Both the position numbers and the translations under genes were made by a program. Shown here piece after piece: positions 18,910 through 26,590 of a DNA stretch of 64,000 nt (position 1 is its first letter; every line of letters starts with the position of its first letter). This stretch comes from an uncultured Planctomycetales bacterium (GTDB lineage: Bacteria > Omnitrophota > Gorgyraeia > Zapsychrales > Fredricksoniimonadaceae). The stretch spans positions 6,220 through 70,219 of the forward strand of contig CAZFNI010000003.1 of assembly GCA_964520655.1 (NCBI GenBank), in the 5' to 3' direction. A model generated the notes under the pieces. The model worked only from the letters and a program-made list of their open reading frames with translations, did no database searches and had not been told where the DNA came from.

Positions 18910-20979
18910 ATGAATAAACCACAATCATATAAGTTTTTCAGCAGTTTGCTGGCGTGTGTGATCGCCTTGAGCTTTACGGCTTATGGCGTGCACGCTCAGG
19001 AAACCTCGAATCCGGTGAACATCACCCTGATGCCGTTTGCGATCACCACGGTTAAAGGCGATGCCCAGAAATTCAGGGCCATGCACTGGATCAACGACGG
19101 GTATTCTTATGGGATCAAAGACCTCACCATTGAGGATAGTTCCAATAAGAACGCCAATGTGTCCTTGGAAGCGCATTCTATTCCAAATGATTACGATAAT
19201 GCGCTTGACTTAACCTTAACTAAGGAAAATGTCGGTTATGTCAAGACGGATTATGCGTCGTTCCGTAAGTATTACGACGGGACCGGCGGTACGTATTATC
19301 CGCACACCACGTTTAGCGCGTTAACGCTGGAAGATGATCTTAAGATGGACATGCAGCATATGTTCGTTGAGATCGGTTCCAAGACGGCGGATGATCCTGG
19401 CGTGGCTGTCGCTTTTGAGCGCCACAGCAAGGATGGTCGTAAATCCAGGCTGGCTTGGACGGCGGTGAAATTCGGGTCTGTGACCCGCGACATTGGTCCG
19501 ACCTGGCAGGATGTAGAGGAAGTCACTGATGCTGTTGCCTTAAAAGGCAACGGTGAAGTGGCTGGCTTTAATGTCGGCGCTGAACAGAAATTCGAGTTTA
19601 CCCACATCAAGTCGCTGCGCGAGGAAAAATTTCTCAGCGCGGCCGGCGGGGTGAGCTCTGATACGAAAATGCGCCGCCAGTGGCAGGATCCTCAGACGGA
19701 TCTGTACACAACGACCTTGAAAGGCGACCGCTGGTTTAACAATGACAAGAACCATTTGTCATTAGGGTACCGTTACAGCAATCTTGAAAACAGTGAATTG
19801 GAGAATTTAAGGGAATACACTGCTGCTGGGGTTCCTAATAATTATTCCAATCCTAAAAGTGCGATCAACGCGTATGCCAAAAATCGCTATAATGCGCATA
19901 CGACGGTAGGGAGTTTTATGTCTCAGCTTGGTAAGGATCTGAATTTCATTACCAAGATGAAAGCGGAGGTGCTAAACCGTAGGGGCACGTCCGCCTATCC
20001 GCATGATACAACGTCGGGCGCACCGGACGGGATCATCAATACGACGGATGTGAGCACGACCGAGAATAAGATCTACCGATTAGGAGAGAATTTCTCCTTG
20101 CGCTATAATGGGATTTCTAAGACAAGTCTCTATAGCGAAGTTGAGATGGAGCAAACACGCAACTGGTTAACCGAAGAGAGAAACAGCATCGCAGGACAGT
20201 CTGCTGCTGAGGCGGGCGAACAATTAGGGCGCGAGACGATCACCCATGTCCAGAACTTGGTTGCGACCGCGGGTGCCCGCTATGTTCCCTCAAAGGCATT
20301 AAGCATCACGACACAGGTCCGTCATAAACTCAACAACAATGATTATGACGACGTTATTGAAACAGTGTATGCATCCGGTTCAAAATCCGCCTTCGTTGAT
20401 GCGGTCAAGACCCGGGGGGATGAGTTGACAACAAAAGTCTCCTGGAAGCCGGTCAACAGGGTGGAAGGGGTTTTCCGTTATAAGCTCAGCGACACTAAGT
20501 ATATGCCCAGAGTGGAGAGCCAGGAAGAAACCAAGTCCCGCGGATTAAGCAATGTCTTCGGGTATGATCTAAACTTGCAGCCGACGGATCCGTTGTTCGT
20601 GACCCTGTCTTTTTCTCAGGATTTCAGCAACGTGACCACGCCGGCGGGGGCGAGCACATCATTGCAGTACCCCGGATTTAGATCGAATTCCAATAATTGG
20701 TTGATGGCCACCAGTTATATGATCAATGAGAAATGGAGCCTCAACAGCTCGTTCCAATACACGTTGATCAAGAATTTCAACGACGTGACCTCGACTTTGC
20801 TGCCTTATGCTGCGGACAGCAAGAGTTACGATGGGGCTGTGGGATTGTCATGGAGCGTGAACAAGTCCTTGACCGTGTCACCACATTACGGTTATTATGC
20901 GTATAAGCCAAACAGCATGGCGGAATCAGGCGCATATAATGCCCAAGTGGTGTGGTTGGATGCGAAGTTATTATGGTAA
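18910..20979 (+). CDS. Outer-membrane beta-barrel porin (689 aa), MtrB/MtoB/OmbB-like partner of the upstream cytochrome
   Basis: Signal peptide (…SFTAYGVHA/QE); long amphipathic beta-strand pattern; C-terminal '...WLDAKLLW' aromatic terminus; genomic context. Confidence 0.6.
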   Translation: MNKPQSYKFFSSLLACVIALSFTAYGVHAQETSNPVNITLMPFAITTVKGDAQKFRAMHWINDGYSYGIKDLTIEDSSNKNANVSLEAHSIPNDYDNALDLTLTKENVGYVKTDYASFRKYYDGTGGTYYPHTTFSALTLEDDLKMDMQHMFVEIGSKTADDPGVAVAFERHSKDGRKSRLAWTAVKFGSVTRDIGPTWQDVEEVTDAVALKGNGEVAGFNVGAEQKFEFTHIKSLREEKFLSAAGGVSSDTKMRRQWQDPQTDLYTTTLKGDRWFNNDKNHLSLGYRYSNLENSELENLREYTAAGVPNNYSNPKSAINAYAKNRYNAHTTVGSFMSQLGKDLNFITKMKAEVLNRRGTSAYPHDTTSGAPDGIINTTDVSTTENKIYRLGENFSLRYNGISKTSLYSEVEMEQTRNWLTEERNSIAGQSAAEAGEQLGRETITHVQNLVATAGARYVPSKALSITTQVRHKLNNNDYDDVIETVYASGSKSAFVDAVKTRGDELTTKVSWKPVNRVEGVFRYKLSDTKYMPRVESQEETKSRGLSNVFGYDLNLQPTDPLFVTLSFSQDFSNVTTPAGASTSLQYPGFRSNSNNWLMATSYMINEKWSLNSSFQYTLIKNFNDVTSTLLPYAADSKSYDGAVGLSWSVNKSLTVSPHYGYYAYKPNSMAESGAYNAQVVWLDAKLLW

Positions 20980-20987
20980 ATTGATCC

Positions 20988-22502
20988 ATGTCCCAGGAAC
21001 AGCATAAACGGAAACATCTGCGTTTCGCAGACGATTTCTACAATGTCATAACATATTTCGGTGTTGCGTTATCCATTGTAGTTCTCGTCTGCGAAACTAT
21101 TTTATTCTGGGTTGATTTTCTAAACCCGACGCATAACGACTATCTGGGGATCATTACCTATATCCTCCTGCCGCCGTTTTTGATCATCGGGTTGTTACTT
21201 ATCCCGTTTGGCGCCAGATGGAAGGCTGCCCGCGTCCGCAAGGGACTGGCGGAAAGTAAGCCTCAGGCCATTCACATCGATCTTTCCATCCCAGAGCATC
21301 AAAATGCTTTTATCATCTTTGTTATCGGGACGGTCATTGTCATGCTCATGACGGCGATCGGTTCGTACAAGGCGTATCATTACACCGAATCCAACCGTTT
21401 CTGCGGCGTCACCTGCCATGGCATCATGGAACCGGAGTTTAAGGCCCATTCGCAATCACCTCATGCGAAAGTCATGTGTGTCGACTGTCATATCGGCTCT
21501 GGTGCCGGGTCCTATGTCCATTATAAAATGGCCGGTGTCAGGATGTTGTTTGAGACATTCAAAGGGGATTATCAACGCCCTGTCCCAGCTCCAGTGACGA
21601 CACTAAGGCCTGCAAAAGAAATTTGTGAAGAATGCCATTGGCCGGGCAAATCATTTAGCGCCATTCAAATGAAGAAATCATATTTTGCCGACGATCCGAG
21701 TAAAACGCCCAAGTGGGGGATCTCGATGCTGATCCAGGTCGGAGGAAAGGATAAGGGCGGTTCAGGTATCCATGCGCACATGTATAATAACAATGACATT
21801 TATTACGTAGCGGATGATGAGAAGCGTCAAAAGATCACCTGGGTTAAAAGCATTGGCAAGAAAGGTGAAGAAAATATTTATGTGACCAAAGATTCGCCAT
21901 ACAAAGACAAGGCGCCGGATCCTGCCAAGATCAGGAGAATGGACTGCATGGATTGCCACAACCGTCCGTCCCATCACTATAAAGCCCCGGATGTCTTGAT
22001 GAATCAGGCCTTGGAGGATGATCTGATCAGTCCCAGCATACCCATGATCAAGGGCAAGGGGGTAGAGGTTCTGGCTAAGGAATATAAAGACAAAACGGAG
22101 GCCTTTAAGAATATTGAGACTTCATTAACTCATTATTATGCGACCAAACAGACGGAATATTACTCGACCCATCAGGTCGAGGTCAAGAAAGCGATTGAGG
22201 CGATCAAGGTCATGTATGAGAATAATTTCTTTCCGCTCATGAAAGCGCGCTGGGATGCTTATCCGGATAATGTCGGTCACATGATCTCCGACGGATGTTT
22301 CCGCTGCCATGACGATGAGCATAAGACGAAAACGGGAGGGAATATTTCCAGGGACTGCAAGATCTGTCACATTATCACCCAGCAGGGATCTGGAGCCGAT
22401 ATTGAAAAGAATGTGGACGGAGTGGAATTCAAGCATCCATTCGAGGATGATGGTTCCTGGCAAAGCATGAATTGCTCCCAGTGCCATACCGGTGGGGGGT
22501 AG
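20988..22502 (+). CDS. Inner-membrane 7-heme c-type cytochrome, NapC/NirT-type with 3 N-terminal TM helices (ImcH-like)
   Basis: Three TM helices in the first ~150 aa, then CGVTCH, CVDCH, CEECH, CMDCH, CFRCH, CKICH, CSQCH. Confidence 0.7.
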   Translation: MSQEQHKRKHLRFADDFYNVITYFGVALSIVVLVCETILFWVDFLNPTHNDYLGIITYILLPPFLIIGLLLIPFGARWKAARVRKGLAESKPQAIHIDLSIPEHQNAFIIFVIGTVIVMLMTAIGSYKAYHYTESNRFCGVTCHGIMEPEFKAHSQSPHAKVMCVDCHIGSGAGSYVHYKMAGVRMLFETFKGDYQRPVPAPVTTLRPAKEICEECHWPGKSFSAIQMKKSYFADDPSKTPKWGISMLIQVGGKDKGGSGIHAHMYNNNDIYYVADDEKRQKITWVKSIGKKGEENIYVTKDSPYKDKAPDPAKIRRMDCMDCHNRPSHHYKAPDVLMNQALEDDLISPSIPMIKGKGVEVLAKEYKDKTEAFKNIETSLTHYYATKQTEYYSTHQVEVKKAIEAIKVMYENNFFPLMKARWDAYPDNVGHMISDGCFRCHDDEHKTKTGGNISRDCKICHIITQQGSGADIEKNVDGVEFKHPFEDDGSWQSMNCSQCHTGGG

Positions 22503-22587
22503 TGAATAAGGTTTGCTGCTGCGAAAACAAAGAAATTTCCCAACGGATTTAGAAATGTTGATACAATCTCCTCAAAAGGAGATACTT

Positions 22588-22983
22588 ATGATCGAATGGA
22601 AAGATGCTTACGCAACTGGTAATGAAGCGGTGGATCGTCAGCACCGCCTGTTGTTCGATTTCTTTAATGATTTTGAATCAGTGATCAATGAAGGCAAGGG
22701 TAAGCATTACCTGGAAAAAAGTTTTGGGATGCTTGAGGCCTATGCCGCGGCGCATTTTAAGTTTGAAGAACGATGCATGGATGAGGCGCGTTGTTCGGTT
22801 TCCCAGAAGAACAAGATCGCTCACCAGATGTTTTTGGCTAAAGTTCAGGAATTCAAACGGGCATTTGAAACCAAAGAAGTGAAGGACGATTTCTATGTCG
22901 AGATGCACAGCTTCATTGAACAGTGGATCACCAGCCATATCATCGGTATTGATACGCACTTAAAGGATTGTATAAAAAAGTAA
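22588..22983 (+). CDS. Bacteriohemerythrin (HHE cation-binding domain)
   Basis: 'MIEWKDAYATGNEAVDRQHRLLFDFFNDF' plus downstream His/Glu ligands (HFKFEERCMDE, HQMF, HIIGIDTHL); SD 'aaaggag' before ATG 22588 (the ORF-track start at 22513 is upstream of it). Confidence 0.7.
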   Translation: MIEWKDAYATGNEAVDRQHRLLFDFFNDFESVINEGKGKHYLEKSFGMLEAYAAAHFKFEERCMDEARCSVSQKNKIAHQMFLAKVQEFKRAFETKEVKDDFYVEMHSFIEQWITSHIIGIDTHLKDCIKK

Positions 22984-22987
22984 GATA

Positions 22988-25000
22988 ATGGATCTCCTGA
23001 AAGTTCTTATAGCCGCAGGGGTTTTGTTGGGGAGCTCTTCTTTTTCTTTTGCGCAGGAAAAGAAGGCGGAAGAGCCGTTGACCAAAGCATCATGCTTGGA
23101 ATGCCACGCTGACAATGATCCTGTTGTCGACGAAAAATTATTAAATTCCTCCGTCCATAAAAACCTCAATTGCATCGAATGCCACGCGGATATTAAAGAA
23201 GTCCCTCATGACACAGTAGCGAAAGTTGATTGTTCCAGGTGTCACAGAGATATTGCCAATATGCTGAAAGTCAGCATCCATGCCCAGATCTTCGGCAATG
23301 CGGCCAACGGCGTCCTTACCTGCACGGAATGTCACGGCAAGCACGATATTTTTCCTAAATCTGACAGCCGTTCTCAGATCAATCATTTCAAAAGCGACAC
23401 GGCCTGTTTAAAATGCCATACGAATAAAGAATTGTTAAAGAAGTACCCTGGTTTACCGACGTCTGATTTCATTAACGAGTATTTGACTAGCGTGCACGGC
23501 AAAGGCGTCCATTTAAAGGGTTTAAGTGTTTCCGCGACCTGTGTGGATTGTCACGGGCCGCATAATATACTCCCGGCGTCTAATCCGCGTTCACCGGTCA
23601 ATAAAAAGAACATTCCTGTCACTTGCAGCAAATGCCATCAGGGGATCTATGATCAATATATCACCAGTATCCACGGAAAATTGTGGAAGAACGGCCGAAA
23701 AGATGTCCCAACCTGTACCTCGTGTCATTCCGAACACGGGATCGTCGATCCATTAAGCAGTGCCGCACAGAAGAATATCCCGAAAGAATGCGGGCAATGC
23801 CACAAAGAACAAAGTGAAACCTATAAAGACACGTTCCACGGGAAAGCAACATCGTTAGGTTTTGGGCAAAGCGCGAAATGCTCCGGCTGTCACGGCGTCC
23901 ACGACATCCTGCCGGCATCAGATCCACTCTCGACGATCAATAAGACCAATTTGCAGCAGACGTGCGCGAAATGTCATGCGAATACCAATGCCCGGTTTAT
24001 CGAATACGACCCGCATATCGATCCTTCGGATAAAGACGGTTCACCGATGGTCTTTTATACATATCAATTCATGAACTGGCTGCTGTTTAGCGTATTTTTA
24101 TTCTGGGGGCTGCACACATTGCTGTGGTTCCAGCGCAGCATGGTCGCCTTGATCCGCCGGGAATTCACTGTCGATCCACATGGCAAGCAGTATATCCGAC
24201 GTTTCACGAATTTGCAGCGCCGGATGCATGGGGTCGTGGTGGTGTCTTTCTTGGGGTTGGTGATGACTGGCTTGCCGTTAAAATATTATTACACGGCATG
24301 GGGCCAGCAGCTTAACGTTCTTTTGGGAGGGGTCGCCAATAACCGGTATTGCCACCGTGTTTTTGGGCTCATCACCATTGGGTATATCCTGTTCCACATG
24401 ATCCATGTCGCGCATCAGATCTTAGTCAAGAAAGATAAGGGGTATCTCAAAGGGCATACGTCGATGGTTCCGCGTGCCAAAGATTGGCAGGATTTTGTCG
24501 ATAATATCAAGTGGTTCTTCTATATGGGTGACCGGCCGAAGTATGACCGCTGGACGTATTTTGAGAAATTTGATTATCTGGCGGTGTTCTGGGGCGTCTT
24601 TATCATTGGATCGTCGGGGTTGATCATGTGGTTCCCGACATTCTTTACCCAGTTCTTGCCTGGATCCATCCTTAATGTGGCGGCGATCGTGCATAGCGAT
24701 GAAGCTCTTTTAGCCTTGGCGTTTATTTTTACGGTACATTTCTTCCACAACCATTTGCGCGTCGAGAATTTCCCGATCGACTTGAGCATTTTTAGCGGCG
24801 TTGTCCCTCTGGAGCGTTTCATCAAAGAACGACCGCAGGAGTATGAGCGTTTGGTCCAGGAAGGTACACTGGAGAAGTATCTTGTTCCGGCTCCAGCCCG
24901 TAAGACCATGATCAAGTGCTTCATCTTTGGATTCACAGCGTTGGCGATCGGTTTTATGCTGATCATCGTGATCATTGCGACATTTTTTGCTCACCATTAA
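22988..25000 (+). CDS. 11-heme c-type cytochrome fused to a C-terminal di-heme cytochrome b membrane domain (HydC/FdnI-like; CbcL-like)
   Basis: Signal peptide; 11 CxxCH motifs in residues 36-330; C-terminal ~300 aa with 4-5 TM helices carrying conserved His pairs (RMHGVVVV, LFHMIHVAHQ, IVHSDE, HFFHNH), typical of FdnI/HydC b-type cytochromes. Confidence 0.7.
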   Translation: MDLLKVLIAAGVLLGSSSFSFAQEKKAEEPLTKASCLECHADNDPVVDEKLLNSSVHKNLNCIECHADIKEVPHDTVAKVDCSRCHRDIANMLKVSIHAQIFGNAANGVLTCTECHGKHDIFPKSDSRSQINHFKSDTACLKCHTNKELLKKYPGLPTSDFINEYLTSVHGKGVHLKGLSVSATCVDCHGPHNILPASNPRSPVNKKNIPVTCSKCHQGIYDQYITSIHGKLWKNGRKDVPTCTSCHSEHGIVDPLSSAAQKNIPKECGQCHKEQSETYKDTFHGKATSLGFGQSAKCSGCHGVHDILPASDPLSTINKTNLQQTCAKCHANTNARFIEYDPHIDPSDKDGSPMVFYTYQFMNWLLFSVFLFWGLHTLLWFQRSMVALIRREFTVDPHGKQYIRRFTNLQRRMHGVVVVSFLGLVMTGLPLKYYYTAWGQQLNVLLGGVANNRYCHRVFGLITIGYILFHMIHVAHQILVKKDKGYLKGHTSMVPRAKDWQDFVDNIKWFFYMGDRPKYDRWTYFEKFDYLAVFWGVFIIGSSGLIMWFPTFFTQFLPGSILNVAAIVHSDEALLALAFIFTVHFFHNHLRVENFPIDLSIFSGVVPLERFIKERPQEYERLVQEGTLEKYLVPAPARKTMIKCFIFGFTALAIGFMLIIVIIATFFAHH

Positions 25001-25024
25001 AGATCGGGAACAAAGGAGCGGCGT

Positions 25025-25825
25025 ATGATCTATGAAAAGATGCTGGCTTCCGTTGTCCATTTCACCCGAGATTCGATCATCATCACCAATAAAGATCTTG
25101 ATCCCCCTGGTCCGTTCATTGTTTATGTGAATCCAGGATTCACTGCCATGACGGGGTATGAGCCGCATGAGGTGATCGGCCGTTCGCCGCGCATCCTGCA
25201 GGGCCCTAAAACAGATCCCGCTGTCACCAGGCGGCTTAAAGAAACATTGGAAAAGGGGGGTGTATTTTTCGGCCAAGCGGTCAATTACCGCAAGGACGGC
25301 TCGGAATTTTGGAATGAATGGCACATTGAGCCGATAAAAGATGCGGATGGGCAGGTGACGCATTATGTCGCGATCCAGCGTGATGTCACTGAACGAAAGA
25401 AAATAGAGGAGGCCATTGAGCAAAAGAACGCGGCCTTAAGGGAGGTGTTGGAACAGGTTTCGCTCGAGAAGCAGAATATCGCGCGCAATGTCAGCAGCAA
25501 TGCGCAGAAGATCATCCTGCCGGCGTTAAAAAAACTGCGCCGGAAAGCCAGCGCTTCGGATAGGGCCTATTTTGATGTCTTAGAGAAAAATCTTTTAGAC
25601 TTGACATCTACTTTTGGGGCGAATGTATCGGGGCAGAAATATTCATTGTCCCCGCGAGAGGTTGAGGTTGCCAATTTGATCAAAAGCGGATTTGGCAGCA
25701 AAGAGATCGCAGCGATGCTTAACATGTCTTTTAAAACGGTTGAAACCCACCGCAACAAGATCCGAAAGAAATTTGGGCTGTTGAATACCGATATCAATCT
25801 AACCACTTATCTTCAAACGATTTAG
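25025..25825 (+). CDS. LOV-like PAS domain + LuxR-type HTH transcription regulator (EL222-like architecture; flavin-adduct Cys absent)
   Basis: 'NPGFTAMTGYEPHEVIGRSPRILQGPKTDP...NYRKDGSEFWN...THYVAIQRDVTERK' matches the LOV core but has SPRILQ instead of NCRFLQ; C-terminal LuxR HTH 'SPREVEVANLIKSGFGSKEIAAMLNMSFKTVETHRNKIRKKFG'. Confidence 0.65.
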   Translation: MIYEKMLASVVHFTRDSIIITNKDLDPPGPFIVYVNPGFTAMTGYEPHEVIGRSPRILQGPKTDPAVTRRLKETLEKGGVFFGQAVNYRKDGSEFWNEWHIEPIKDADGQVTHYVAIQRDVTERKKIEEAIEQKNAALREVLEQVSLEKQNIARNVSSNAQKIILPALKKLRRKASASDRAYFDVLEKNLLDLTSTFGANVSGQKYSLSPREVEVANLIKSGFGSKEIAAMLNMSFKTVETHRNKIRKKFGLLNTDINLTTYLQTI

Positions 25826-25842
25826 GACGATCTTTCCCGATC

Positions 25843-25874
25843 ATATATCATGTATATTAACATACATGATATAT
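25843..25874 (+). promoter_or_regulatory. 13-bp perfect inverted repeat ATATATCATGTAT-N6-ATACATGATATAT (candidate operator)
   Basis: Arms at 25843-25855 and 25862-25874; followed by a TCAACC-gt-GGTTGA palindrome (25881-25894) overlapping a TTGACA -35-like hexamer (25891-25896) upstream of the CHI-like gene. Confidence 0.4.
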
Positions 25875-25924
25875 AGGCATTCAACCGTGGTTGACATATG
25901 TTCAAGATATGGTATCTTTAAGAC

Positions 25925-26521
25925 ATGAAGTCCTCATTACTCCACATACAAATGCTTGCTGTTCTTGTCATGACCGCCTTTGCTCTCCCTCAGGCACAGG
26001 CGGCAGAGGTTGCTGGGGTTCTTTTTAAGGATGCTTATCAGGACCAGGGCGAGCACATGGTCCTGCAGGGTACCGGACTTAAAAATGTGCTGTTCATCAA
26101 GGCTTTTGCGGCAGGATTCTATAAAGCGGTCGATGCCAACCCGGATCTGCTGGGGAATTATCCGAAGCGGATCGAGGTCGAGTATTTTGTCCATATCCCC
26201 GCCAGGAAATTGACCCGTTTTACGATCGATACGATGAAGGATAATGTCGACGCTGCAACAATGGATCGTTTGGCGGATGAGATCAAGATGATGGGCCGTT
26301 ACTTTGTGGACCTAAAGCCGGGAGATCGATTTGCACTGACGTATATCCCTGAAGTCGGCACCCAATTCTCTCATAATGATCGTTTGGTGGGGATCATTGA
26401 AGGATATGAGTTTGCCCGAGCGTTATTTTCAGTCTGGATCGGAGAAAAGCCTTTTGACGACCGTTTAAAGAAACAGGTCATCGGGAAGGGGCCTCTGCAG
26501 TCCTTTGAAAGCAACGTATAG
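25925..26521 (+). CDS. Secreted chalcone-isomerase-like (CHI-fold) family protein
   Basis: Signal peptide; 'VLQGTGLKNVLFIKAFAAGFY' resembles the L.G.G.R...K.YA.GLY signature of bacterial CHI-like proteins. Confidence 0.4.
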   Translation: MKSSLLHIQMLAVLVMTAFALPQAQAAEVAGVLFKDAYQDQGEHMVLQGTGLKNVLFIKAFAAGFYKAVDANPDLLGNYPKRIEVEYFVHIPARKLTRFTIDTMKDNVDAATMDRLADEIKMMGRYFVDLKPGDRFALTYIPEVGTQFSHNDRLVGIIEGYEFARALFSVWIGEKPFDDRLKKQVIGKGPLQSFESNV

Positions 26522-26590
26522 CCCGCCGTTCTCCCAACATTCATTTAGATAATTAGCGCGTAAATCCGCTCCATCGTATATAATGTCCCA

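Noticed and set aside
22988-25000. Considered annotating the 11-heme protein (and the 8-heme 18149 product) as NrfA/ONR-type nitrite or hydroxylamine reductases
   Set aside because: No CxxCK active-site motif or Ca-binding/catalytic Tyr/His context. Membrane b-type domain and conduit context fit electron-transfer cytochromes better.
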